A stretch of DNA of 32,000 nucleotides from Candidatus Hadarchaeota archaeon (lineage in GTDB: Archaea; Hadarchaeota; Hadarchaeia; Hadarchaeales; Hadarchaeaceae), in assembly GCA_964514965.1 (NCBI GenBank), contig CAZETV010000001.1, positions 180,001 through 212,000 on the forward strand, given 5' to 3'. Positions 7,871-16,865 of the stretch are shown one piece after another. Numbering within the stretch: position 1 is the stretch's first letter; every line of letters starts with the position of its first letter. Both the position numbers and the translations under genes were made by a program. Below the pieces are notes generated by a model. The model worked only from the letters and a program-made list of their open reading frames with translations. It ran no database searches and was not told the origin of the DNA.

Positions 7871-10593
7871 ATTACATTTGATTGGATTTCGTCGCCTTCT
7901 ATGTTTATCTCTTTTATTTTATTAATTCCGTACTTTTCGATGTTCTTCAAATCAATTCCATCAATTTTTAAAACAACAAACCCCTTGAAGTCTTTACGTT
8001 CTGTTAACATCCTATGTTTTTCATAAGAGAATGTTGGTAAATTGAACGAATGCAAATAAAGGATTTTCAATAATTCCCACTTATTCACTTTATTTTCTAA
8101 ATTATTATCGCCAACTTTTTCTTTCACTTTATTAATAAGAGAATCGCCATCCTTACTTTCCCAAGGTAGTTTCCAGTTATTTTTATCGTTTATAACTTCA
8201 CCAAAAGCCCTTTCTATCTCATTTTCTGATTTAGACATAATATCTGGGATAACTACCTGAAGTCCGGCGATAGTTCTAAAAATTTTTTGAGCCTCACTTC
8301 TTTTTTCAGCAGCGAAATATTTTAACCATTCTAAATTTTTCTCTATTTCTTCCACATAAATTTCTTTAAGAGATTTTCCATTTATTTTCTCTTCAAATGT
8401 CTTTTCTATCATCTCTCGCTCTTTTTCATAATGCAATTCTACACTTTCGTTGCGTTTTAATATTTCGAGGCTTTTTTCAATAACTCTCGTGTCGTATACG
8501 GCCTTTGTTCCTTTATCAGTTCCCGTAAATATAATGACGTTCGGCGCGGCGTCTTTATAATCTCCCTCTTTGTCTCTGTTTCTATAAATCCTCCCCCATC
8601 TCTGGATTTGACTATCAATCGGAGATGCCTCTGTGATTAGAATGTCAAAATCCACATCAACGGATGCTTCTACAATCTGAGTTGAAACTAGAACCAGTCT
8701 ATCGCTTTCGGTTATGAGCTTTCCATTCTCTCTTTTATTTTTTAAAGTGCATAATTTTTCTTTTACGTCTTTTATTGTCTTGTTTTTTCTTTTTTCAATT
8801 AATCTTGAATGAAGTAGGTGGAGATTACCTTTATTAACACTCAAATTTTGTGAGTCACTTTCTATACGCTTGAACAGTTCAATGGCCTTTCCCACGTTGT
8901 TGACAATTATTAGAACATTCTTGTCTCTTCCCTCATTCAAAATTTTATGTATCTCTTTGAAAGAATCTTCGTTTATTTTCAACTCAAAATTTCCATTCTC
9001 TTTTGATTGCTCATAAGAAAATAAAGTGCCATCGTTCAATCTAATTTTATGTCTCTTGAAATTGTAATTCTTTATCCTATTTCTTAAGTTTATCCATTTT
9101 TCATTTTGTAAATCTATAACACTATCTTCCCCGAAATTGCGTTTTTCAAAAAAGGGTTTAAAGTAAGGGGGGAATGTTGCGGTTATGACAAGGATGTTTC
9201 CATTGAGTGATTTTATTATTTCTAAAGTTTTGATAATGATGGCCGCCATTTCAGGATTGTAGGCTTGTATTTCGTCTATGACTATAGATGAAACTGGATA
9301 AATAGAAATCACTTTATCGGAACCGTAATATTTGAGAGAGGTAAGGAAAATTTGATCAGGTGTTGATAAAAGTATAGGGTAAGAAAAGAGTTTTGAAGAA
9401 TTTAACTTGCTTTCTACACTTAGCTCTTCGCCTTCTTTCTCTTCTTTTAAAAATTCCATAAAAGCTGTTGAATGTAAAATCCCAACGTCTTCACCTCTAC
9501 CGCCAAAATAAGGCAATTTCTCATCTGTCGCAAATCTTACAAACAGGTCATTTAGTGCAACTCTCAACGGCAAAGTGTATAACAGTTTCTTTCCATTGTC
9601 TTTTGCCCACATTAACGCAAATTCTGTTTTACCGGAGCCTGTCGGAGCCACTAAAACAATATTTTGTCTATTGAGATTTTTCAGTACATCTTTTTGCCAG
9701 AGGTTAAATTTTGCGGATTGGAATTTGATTTTGTTGATTATATTTTCTTCTAGCTTATCGAATATTTCAGAAACGGTTTTATTGGTTTCTATGCGAACTT
9801 TGCCACTGGCAGAATAATCGCATCTTCTCAGAGTACCGAGAAAAACAAGAAATTCGTGATCTGGTTTATCATTGTCTATTTCGTGGAATTTTATCAACTG
9901 TGAAACATTGTAACCTTTGCTAATTTGCTGACTGAGACTATCTAATCTGTTCATGTCAACATTATTTTCTAGTTTATTTAGGATGTCTAAAACAAAATTG
10001 CTTTTCTTTATTTCATTATCGCTTTTTAAACAAAGAATCAGATTACTAAGCAGAGATTTAATTGCATCTTTTTTACTCAGCAAAAATTCAGTATATTTTT
10101 CTATGTCCGGGTATACATCAAGAATATTTCTGAAATTTGGAATCTCGTTGACATAAAAGCTGTTGTGGTGATGTAATAAAATCGCTGTTCTGACTTTAGC
10201 ATCCCAATCGCTATTTCTCAACATTAGCTGGGAGTAAACTATTGAAAGTGCTTCATGATCATTGACATTTACTTTCCATTTTTGTCCATCTGTATCAAAA
10301 AATTTTTTTATTTGTTCCCATTCATTTTTGTATGTATTCTTTTTTTCATCGTCGCAGAAGACTTTTTTCTGAAAACTATAATCTATCTTGCCCATATCGT
10401 GTAGACTCATAGCAATAGCCAAATTTTTAAAAAACTCATCGTCAAATTTAAAGGAAATTTTCTCTCGGTTCTTATTTACAAACTCCTGAAACTGAATAGC
10501 TCTCAATAAAACTTCCTTTAAATGATCTTTTAGTAAGAAATTGTTGCCTTCTTTTGATTTAGCCCTCAGGCAATCAAGTATTTTCTCTGTCAT
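7867..10593 (-). CDS. cas3: CRISPR-associated Cas3 (HD nuclease + DExD/H helicase)
   Basis: LHDMGKIDYSFQKKV and TAILLHHHNSFY (HD), IVLVAPTGSGKTEFAL (Walker A), IVIDEIQAY, VITATFPP, VSTQIVEASVDVDFD...QRWGRIYR. Confidence 0.96.
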   Translation of the reverse strand: MTEKILDCLRAKSKEGNNFLLKDHLKEVLLRAIQFQEFVNKNREKISFKFDDEFFKNLAIAMSLHDMGKIDYSFQKKVFCDDEKKNTYKNEWEQIKKFFDTDGQKWKVNVNDHEALSIVYSQLMLRNSDWDAKVRTAILLHHHNSFYVNEIPNFRNILDVYPDIEKYTEFLLSKKDAIKSLLSNLILCLKSDNEIKKSNFVLDILNKLENNVDMNRLDSLSQQISKGYNVSQLIKFHEIDNDKPDHEFLVFLGTLRRCDYSASGKVRIETNKTVSEIFDKLEENIINKIKFQSAKFNLWQKDVLKNLNRQNIVLVAPTGSGKTEFALMWAKDNGKKLLYTLPLRVALNDLFVRFATDEKLPYFGGRGEDVGILHSTAFMEFLKEEKEGEELSVESKLNSSKLFSYPILLSTPDQIFLTSLKYYGSDKVISIYPVSSIVIDEIQAYNPEMAAIIIKTLEIIKSLNGNILVITATFPPYFKPFFEKRNFGEDSVIDLQNEKWINLRNRIKNYNFKRHKIRLNDGTLFSYEQSKENGNFELKINEDSFKEIHKILNEGRDKNVLIIVNNVGKAIELFKRIESDSQNLSVNKGNLHLLHSRLIEKRKNKTIKDVKEKLCTLKNKRENGKLITESDRLVLVSTQIVEASVDVDFDILITEASPIDSQIQRWGRIYRNRDKEGDYKDAAPNVIIFTGTDKGTKAVYDTRVIEKSLEILKRNESVELHYEKEREMIEKTFEEKINGKSLKEIYVEEIEKNLEWLKYFAAEKRSEAQKIFRTIAGLQVVIPDIMSKSENEIERAFGEVINDKNNWKLPWESKDGDSLINKVKEKVGDNNLENKVNKWELLKILYLHSFNLPTFSYEKHRMLTERKDFKGFVVLKIDGIDLKNIEKYGINKIKEINIEGDEIQSNVI

Positions 10594-11406
10594 CTAAAGC
10601 CATCCATTATCAAGTATTTTAAACTCTGCACCATTGACGTTATAAACTTCCATTCTTGTTTCACTATTCAAAATAATACTATAATCATTTCCTGTATAAA
10701 TTACAGTTCCAAATTTTGGTTTTCTTTCTGTTTTTTTAGTTATTTCAGATTTTGATTTAACCGGAGCGTCGCCATTCATAAATCTTACCTCTACTGGTAT
10801 GGAATAAACCGGGTATTTCTGTTTTTTAAGTCGAAACTCTTTTTCCTTAATGTAAGTGGGATATTTTATCTTAACGTCTGTAATATTTTCAACGGTATCT
10901 GCCGCATTTACTTCTTGCACATGTTCTATGAAAACAACATCTTCACTTCTTCCTAACGACAATACTTTCTTCGGATGTTCTAAAGATTCTTTTATTTTGC
11001 CAATTAACTTTTCCTCCCCTCTAATAAAAAGAAATATACGACCGTTGAAAAGTTCCTGTTGATGCACAGGTGATCTTTGAGAGGTTATACCTTGCCCATA
11101 TAATGGCAAATTTTGATTTACGAGAACAAGTTTCCCATCCTTTTGTTGTAACTCTGTTTTCCCCTTTATTAAATTTTGATAGTTCCAAAAAGCATTTTCA
11201 AATCCGCCATGCATGCTAACTTTTAATTTCCACCAATTATCAATACCAAATCCGTTGCCATACCAATCGTCACATGCATTTTGGAGCATTCCAATTACAG
11301 TAGATTTTGGTGGTAATGGATAAGTTTGTGCGTAATAGAAAGTAAAGGGGTTTCGATATTGAGCAAATGGCTGAAATAATTCAATAAAAAGTATTTTTTC
11401 TACCAT
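10594..11406 (-). CDS. cas5: CRISPR-associated Cas5, type I-B like
   Basis: MVEKILFIELFQPFAQYRNPFTFYYAQTYPLPPKSTVIGMLQNA, the Cas5 N-terminal RAMP signature; directly follows cas7. Confidence 0.92.
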   Translation of the reverse strand: MVEKILFIELFQPFAQYRNPFTFYYAQTYPLPPKSTVIGMLQNACDDWYGNGFGIDNWWKLKVSMHGGFENAFWNYQNLIKGKTELQQKDGKLVLVNQNLPLYGQGITSQRSPVHQQELFNGRIFLFIRGEEKLIGKIKESLEHPKKVLSLGRSEDVVFIEHVQEVNAADTVENITDVKIKYPTYIKEKEFRLKKQKYPVYSIPVEVRFMNGDAPVKSKSEITKKTERKPKFGTVIYTGNDYSIILNSETRMEVYNVNGAEFKILDNGWL

Positions 11407-11438
11407 TCTGCCACCATAAAGATGATACTGATGATTAT

Positions 11439-12437
11439 TTAACCCAAAAATTTCTCAACTTTCTCAATAACATTTTTTTCATTTAATTCTTTTGTATCTA
11501 TTTTTGAATAAACGCTACACAACTCTTTTCTATTAAATACACTAACATTTTCACCATTCTCTCCTAACGCTATGTTAAAGGAAGGTATTATGTTATCTTC
11601 GACTTCATTCTCTATAATTTCTAAATCGCCGTCTTTTTTGTACTTTCTTTTTATCTTGTATTGTGTCTTTCTTTCTAATCTTATTTTATTCAAATAGGAT
11701 TCGTATTTTCCATTATTATATAGACCTAAAACAATTAACCATGGCGATAAATCTTCTCTTCGACCTTTAATGTCTCTCTTAAGATTTAGAATTGTCTCGA
11801 TAAATTTTATAATCCTTTCCTTAATAACTTCGTCGCCTACCTTGATATCCCCAATTTCTTCTTTACCATGCTCATCTTTTAAAAAATTACCAACTCTATT
11901 AACATCGATTGTAATATTATAAATATAGAAATCTGGTTTCTCCTCTATTGTGACAGGATTACTGCCTTCTCCACCAGCCCTCTTCATCATGTCCAAATTG
12001 GCCATTGTATGGGTATCCAAATTGTAAGGTGTTAGTGAGATAGCATGACTTATCTTTACGGGGGAAACTCTTGTTAGTGCTGCCTGTCCTTCTTTTGTTA
12101 TCATAAAACCAAATAAATCAAATTCAGGAAAACCAGCAAAAACGTTTTGGTTAATTTCGTTTAGTCCAGCTACGCCACCTTCTCTAACTACAAGTTCCTC
12201 AGGTCCTGCTAGTTTCCATGTCTCTGGGAAAAGGTGATTTGCCCAGTGCAAAATACTATATCTGAGCGCATATCTGCTCACTAATGCGTATTGTCTGCCA
12301 TCCCACTTCGTTATCTTCTTGAGCGGTTGATAGTTAGTTCCGCCACCCCAATCGTAATTCAGAGAACTTCCATAGAAAACGATGTCTAGAACTATAAACT
12401 TTTTATCACTTTTTTTATTTTCATTTGTTTTATTCAT
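11439..12437 (-). CDS. cas7: CRISPR-associated Cas7 (Cst2/DevR family)
   Basis: LDIVFYGSSLNYDWGGGTNYQPLKKITKWDGRQYALVSRYALRYSI..., ...AISLTPYNLDTHTMANL; position between cas8 and cas5. Confidence 0.9.
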   Translation of the reverse strand: MNKTNENKKSDKKFIVLDIVFYGSSLNYDWGGGTNYQPLKKITKWDGRQYALVSRYALRYSILHWANHLFPETWKLAGPEELVVREGGVAGLNEINQNVFAGFPEFDLFGFMITKEGQAALTRVSPVKISHAISLTPYNLDTHTMANLDMMKRAGGEGSNPVTIEEKPDFYIYNITIDVNRVGNFLKDEHGKEEIGDIKVGDEVIKERIIKFIETILNLKRDIKGRREDLSPWLIVLGLYNNGKYESYLNKIRLERKTQYKIKRKYKKDGDLEIIENEVEDNIIPSFNIALGENGENVSVFNRKELCSVYSKIDTKELNEKNVIEKVEKFLG

Positions 12438-12795
12438 TTTCCTTACCTTTGACCTTGTTTTGATATGTACTCATGATACCAATAATTATTGAATAAGCAA
12501 GATTTATAAACGCTTCATCTGGCAAAATATCATAGTTTTTTTCTAGCTCATCCCACAATTTTTTGAAATTTTCCTTTGGTTTATTAATAGACCTCAAAAG
12601 CAGGTAGAAGAATCTATTTTGATTTTTATTTTTTACGGACTCCAGTAAATCAAAAACTAGTCTTTGTTTGTAATTATCAGATTCGCTTATAAAAGAATCT
12701 TTAGCAGCATTTTTAAATTCCCACAACTTTAATTCTTTAGACTTTTCTCCAATTTTTAGTTCCCACACCGCTTGTTTTATCTCATCATCCATCAT
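12430..12795 (-). CDS. Small helical protein between cas8 and cas7; candidate Cas11-like small subunit
   Basis: 121 aa, predicted-helical composition, overlaps cas8 by 4 nt and cas7 by 8 nt, indicating translational coupling. Family assignment is inference. Confidence 0.6.
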   Translation of the reverse strand: MMDDEIKQAVWELKIGEKSKELKLWEFKNAAKDSFISESDNYKQRLVFDLLESVKNKNQNRFFYLLLRSINKPKENFKKLWDELEKNYDILPDEAFINLAYSIIIGIMSTYQNKVKGKENE

Positions 12796-14546
12796 CTATA
12801 CACCAGACCTGCTGTTAAGCATAATGCATACCTTGGCCAGCTTAATTCATTATCTACTATTTTATTAAACACCCAATTTAAAAAGCCTTTGTTGATAATT
12901 TCTTTGCGGTTGTTTAGAGATTTAAGTAAAACAATAAGAAAACCAGCTTTATCATTTGCGTATAAAGAATCAAGAAGAAGATAAGCAATTTTCTCTCTCA
13001 TTTTCAAATCTGGGATTAGTCTTTTTGTCTCTTGGGTTGAGTAATAAAAAGTACTTGGGAATGTCCTTTTGACTTGAGTTACCATTTCTCTATAATTCTC
13101 AGAGAAAAAGATTTGAGAAAATAACAGACTACTATTTTTTTCCTTAAACTCCAAAATTACGGCCTCAATCAAAAGAGCATAAAATACGGAGTAATTTGGG
13201 TACCTACTCTCGTCGATAGAAACTTTTACGTGTTGCAAAACCAATGGGTAAAGAGGTTTTCCTTTTATGAATTCTTTTAGAAGCCATACATATTTATCCC
13301 CCTTAAGATATTTAGGTCCAACTTGAATTCTTTTGTTCATCGCATCTCTAATCCTGTCGTCTAAAACAATAGAAGCTCGAAGTTTCGGAATGCCTATAAA
13401 TTCTACATCTTTTAACTTTAGATTTTCTATTCCACCGAATTCTATTATATACATGTTCTCTAAAGAAAAATCTACCTTTTTCTCAATAATAGTGTCGATT
13501 ATAGCAGTCCAAGTTATTTTGAACATATCTGTCCTTCTCCCTTTCCTTTCTTTATATAGAGCGAATTTTTTGTTAATTTCGTATGAACTTTCTAATAAGT
13601 TGGTATAGAACATCAAGTTTCTCCCTTCGATAAACTGGAAAGAGTTTCCAAATGATAAAAGCAATAAGTATAATGGTTGTTTAACATTTAACCACTCCTC
13701 AACCATAATTACTTTCGGGAGATCGGTATAACCGATGTTTGGAAATTCACCAGGCGAATACAAAAAAGGGTTTATCGTGGAATCTGCTCGAATTTCATAA
13801 GTCAAACCATCTTTCTTTTTCTTTTCGCTTATTTTAGAAGCAAATTTACGTAAATTTGAATAATCTTCTTTTAGCAAATACCAAAGGTAAACGAATGAAG
13901 TATACAGATCTTTTTTAGGATTATAGATGAAAAAATTCCTATGGTCTTTAGGTAATTTCAGATCACAGCTATGAATAAGCGACTTTATATCTTCTTTTTT
14001 TTCTTCAACGTTTACTAGAATGCCAAAAATTTTGTTTTCTATATTTTGTTTAAACTCATCTAATTCTTTTATTAGATTTTTCTCTTTGTTAGAAATCTCA
14101 TTATTGCATTGTATGATTTCATTTTTGAATTGAGTGATTTTTTTATTTTCCTTTTCAATTTTCTTATCTTGAGATTTGAGTTTAGATGGCTTTTCATTAG
14201 ATTTAATTTTCTTACTCTCGTTAATTAAATCTCTCAATTTTTTCTCAGATTCTCTTAATTTGACTCGTAAGCCTTTTTTTGGGTCTGTAATTTTTTTTCT
14301 TATGCCGCTAATTTCACTTCTAACTGTTCTAATTCTAGAATGGTAGAATAAGTACGCAAACGGAAAATATCCATAATAAATCAATTCCTTATTTTCCCTA
14401 ATCCTCTTTCGCAGCTCTTCCAAATCCCATCCATAGACTTCTTCCATCAAATTTACAAATCCGAGAATTCCTGCATCTATAAACCAATTACCTGTGAATT
14501 GTAGTGTATTATGACTTGATTCAACAATTTTTGTTCCCATATTCAT
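12792..14546 (-). CDS. cas8: Large subunit Cas8 (Cst1/Cas8b-like), with long charged coiled-coil-like insertion
   Basis: LQFTGNWFIDAGILGFVNLMEEVYGWDLEEL matches the Cst1-type N-terminus; neighbours cas7/cas5/cas3. Track ORF begins at TTG 14570, inside the cas6 remnant; ATG at 14546 is more likely. Confidence 0.8.
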   Translation of the reverse strand: MNMGTKIVESSHNTLQFTGNWFIDAGILGFVNLMEEVYGWDLEELRKRIRENKELIYYGYFPFAYLFYHSRIRTVRSEISGIRKKITDPKKGLRVKLRESEKKLRDLINESKKIKSNEKPSKLKSQDKKIEKENKKITQFKNEIIQCNNEISNKEKNLIKELDEFKQNIENKIFGILVNVEEKKEDIKSLIHSCDLKLPKDHRNFFIYNPKKDLYTSFVYLWYLLKEDYSNLRKFASKISEKKKKDGLTYEIRADSTINPFLYSPGEFPNIGYTDLPKVIMVEEWLNVKQPLYLLLLSFGNSFQFIEGRNLMFYTNLLESSYEINKKFALYKERKGRRTDMFKITWTAIIDTIIEKKVDFSLENMYIIEFGGIENLKLKDVEFIGIPKLRASIVLDDRIRDAMNKRIQVGPKYLKGDKYVWLLKEFIKGKPLYPLVLQHVKVSIDESRYPNYSVFYALLIEAVILEFKEKNSSLLFSQIFFSENYREMVTQVKRTFPSTFYYSTQETKRLIPDLKMREKIAYLLLDSLYANDKAGFLIVLLKSLNNRKEIINKGFLNWVFNKIVDNELSWPRYALCLTAGLVYR

Positions 14547-14550
14547 GTTC

Positions 14551-14682
14551 TCACCCCACCATGAAACCAAACCCCAGCGAGTTCTCCTCCCTGAACCCCG
14601 CGTCCAACCCGAACTGAATCACATCTTGCTTTTTCCCCGTCCAGATAATAGGAGAACCCCCAGATGGAACCAAAAATCTCGC
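14551..14682 (-). pseudogene. Frameshifted 3' remnant of cas6 immediately upstream of cas8
   Basis: EIFGSIWGFSYYLDGEK (one frame) then DVIQFGLDAGFREENSLGFGFMVG* (shifted frame), versus intact Cas6 KVLGSLWRFMFSYLDEMRREILQFGLDAGFGELNSLGFGFMNVVR*. Confidence 0.87.
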
Positions 14683-14685
14683 CAT

Positions 14686-15246
14686 TCATTCCGAACCCAA
14701 CTCTTCAACTCTCCTTTTCAGCCCGGCCAGCTCATCCTCCACTCCCATCTCCCTGCAGATCTCTTCCAGATACTCTAGATTCAGCTTCCCGAGCTGCCTT
14801 ACGAATATCCCCTCCGCATCTTTTAAATCTTGCTCGCTCCCGAACACCAGCTTGTTGGCGATGATGTCCTCGGGAGAAGCGATGTAAATATCGGTCCCCT
14901 TGTATTTGAACGATGTCCTCCTCTCGAAAGTGCGCTTGTCCATTTCGTTGCAAATTCCTTTAATATCCAACCTGAACATCGACCTCTTGTCCTGAACGAT
15001 GCAGTGGAACCGTTCTTTCAACGCCCTCCTCAGGCCCTCAGCGCTTGCAAAAAAATCATTCCGACTCAAGAACTCGGCCAGCTTCGGCGTGTCCTCCTCT
15101 TTGATCTGCAGAATCAGGTCTATGTCCATCGTGGTCCTCGAAAGACCGTGGAAGTTCACCACCAAGCCACCTACCATGACGTAACCTATGCGTGCCCTGC
15201 CAAGGAACCCGCACACGAGCGACAATATCTCATCTATTTCCCGCAC
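14686..15246 (-). CDS. Nucleotidyltransferase (NTase fold, DUF6036-like), possible toxin of a TA-like pair
   Basis: IGYVMVGGLVVNFHGLSRTTMDIDLIL (GG...DxD) and IASPEDIIANKLVFGSEQDLKDAEGI. Confidence 0.78.
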   Translation of the reverse strand: MREIDEILSLVCGFLGRARIGYVMVGGLVVNFHGLSRTTMDIDLILQIKEEDTPKLAEFLSRNDFFASAEGLRRALKERFHCIVQDKRSMFRLDIKGICNEMDKRTFERRTSFKYKGTDIYIASPEDIIANKLVFGSEQDLKDAEGIFVRQLGKLNLEYLEEICREMGVEDELAGLKRRVEELGSE

Positions 15247-15427
15247 TTTTACTCGCCTCGTGGATTTCTACCGCAAACTTGATCAGGTCCAATCCCTGCT
15301 CGAAGGTTTCCTCCCCTGAGAAACGCCGGGCGCGAACGGCATCCCGCCTCAGCTCCCTGGCCCGGACCTCCTTCACCCTCCTCCTGAACTCCTCGAGGTC
15401 CCTACGTTTGAACGCGCTGGCCTTCAT
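15230..15427 (-). CDS. Small charged protein, likely partner of the nucleotidyltransferase
   Basis: 65 aa, MKASAFKRRDLEEFRRRVKEVRARELRRDAVRARRFSGEETFEQGLDLIKFAVEIHEASKSAGNR; overlaps NTase start by 17 nt. Confidence 0.55.
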   Translation of the reverse strand: MKASAFKRRDLEEFRRRVKEVRARELRRDAVRARRFSGEETFEQGLDLIKFAVEIHEASKSAGNR

Positions 15428-15463
15428 GTTCCGCCTCCGGAGGCGCCATTAGGGACATTTCCA

Positions 15464-15495
15464 CCACGTGAATATTGTCTCACCACGTTCATAAA
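15464..15495 (-). repeat. Short degenerate copy of the cas6 3' end and flank
   Basis: CTCACCACGTTCATAAA (15479-15495) is an exact 17-nt match to the intact cas6 terminus (16870-16886); flanking CCACGTGAATATTG also resembles CCACGTTGATATTT at 16844. Confidence 0.6.
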
Positions 15496-15527
15496 AAAAA
15501 ACCACGGTCAACTTTTGGAAAGGAAAC

Positions 15528-16736
15528 TCAGATCACGGCCAAAAATAGGGGTAGGGTGTCCTCATCCAGTACCTCCACGCTTTTGGGGTACTTCCTGTGC
15601 GGTTTCCCCGCCTTCACCTCTATTTTCAAATCGGCCGCCATGCAATCTATCTCATAGGAATTTCTGAAGTAGAAAACTTCCCCAAATTTTCTGGACAAAT
15701 GTGACTGGACCACCCACTCATACAGAGCGCCCTTCAGAAACTCCTGCCCGCTCCAGAGGGACAAACTCCTAGCCATGAAGGGGTCGATGAAAAATACTTT
15801 CTTCTCCTTTCGGTGCAGGATCTTTTCCCCCTCCTTACATCTCGCCAAATCCAGGATGAGCAGACTTTTCAGCAGCTCCAGATATTCGGCCACGGTTTTG
15901 TAGGAATACCCGGAGGTATCCTTGGATATCGTGGTATAGCCGAGCGGGGAAGGGGCCTTTTTGAATATCGAGGAAAGCACCTCCCTCGATAGGGAAACGC
16001 TCCTGCCCAACCTCAGGACCTCCCCCTCGAACGCCCTTATGAAATCCTCATCCGCCCTTGGGTCCCCGTTTATCGAGAGCGGAAATCCACCTTTCTTCAG
16101 ATAATCCCCAAACGCTCGCTTTATCTCCTCTTCCTGGACGGCGGCTTTTTTCGCGTCCTTGTTCGCGTCCCCGGTGGTCTTTATCTTTACACCGTGGACC
16201 TCCAAGAATTCCCTGAAACTCAAGGGGTAAACAGTTATCTCCCTCCCCATTCCCCTCCGCCCGGGAAAAAACTCCACATCCCCCCTCAGTTTTAGGGAGG
16301 AGGAACCTGTTATGGTCAAGACATCGTCCTTGAACGCGCCCAGGTCCACGTATCCTTTTACGACCCTCCACCAGCCTTTTACCCCTGTGACCTCGTCCAA
16401 AAAAATAAAGCTAGAACCATGGCCGAGAGACCTTCTGAATTCCAGATAAGCATCCATAACTTTTCTCAGCGAGTATGCGTCCGGGGAGAGGTCACAGTTG
16501 AAGTAAAATATCCTCTCCGCCTCTACCTTTTTCAGCAGATCGTCGACCATGAGCTTTAATCCAGTTGTTTTGCCTATCTGCCTCGGCCCGATGACGAAGT
16601 TCAATGAAAAGGACTTCAGCGAGATGTCTTTTATCCAGTTCGGCACCCATTTAATCCTCATCCCTTCCCATTTCGCAAAGTGATAATCTTTTTCCCCCTT
16701 CCACCAAGGGTTATGCCTTATCACGAGGTTTCTCAT
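15528..16736 (-). CDS. AAA ATPase with DUF4143-type C-terminus
   Basis: NFVIGPRQIGKTTGLKLM (Walker A), SSFIFLDEVTGVKGWW (Walker B), YPLSFREFLE, C-terminal EIDCMAADLKIEVKAGKPHRKYP (nuclease-like D...ExK). Confidence 0.9.
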   Translation of the reverse strand: MRNLVIRHNPWWKGEKDYHFAKWEGMRIKWVPNWIKDISLKSFSLNFVIGPRQIGKTTGLKLMVDDLLKKVEAERIFYFNCDLSPDAYSLRKVMDAYLEFRRSLGHGSSFIFLDEVTGVKGWWRVVKGYVDLGAFKDDVLTITGSSSLKLRGDVEFFPGRRGMGREITVYPLSFREFLEVHGVKIKTTGDANKDAKKAAVQEEEIKRAFGDYLKKGGFPLSINGDPRADEDFIRAFEGEVLRLGRSVSLSREVLSSIFKKAPSPLGYTTISKDTSGYSYKTVAEYLELLKSLLILDLARCKEGEKILHRKEKKVFFIDPFMARSLSLWSGQEFLKGALYEWVVQSHLSRKFGEVFYFRNSYEIDCMAADLKIEVKAGKPHRKYPKSVEVLDEDTLPLFLAVI

Positions 16737-16760
16737 GATAGAATTTATAGTTCTAACTAC

Positions 16761-16769
16761 TTATAAACA
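16761..16769 (-). promoter_or_regulatory. TATA box for the DUF4143 ATPase gene (near-leaderless spacing)
   Basis: ttataaaca on + strand (TGTTTATAA), about 25-30 bp upstream of ATG at 16736. Confidence 0.5.
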
Positions 16770-16865
16770 TTTAGAAACCTAACTTCCATTATTGAACGGC
16801 TCCGTCCTGAATCCCAATTCTCCCTCTTAACTTCATCTCTCTGCCACGTTGATATTTTTGAACCG

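Noticed and set aside
14547-14570. TTG-initiated N-terminal extension of cas8 (MVSWWGEN)
   Set aside because: These codons overlap the cas6 remnant tail; ATG at 14546 is better supported.
14545-14864. ORFs 14545-14778(+) and 14664-14864(+)
   Set aside because: Antisense to the cas6 remnant and NTase gene; no motif.
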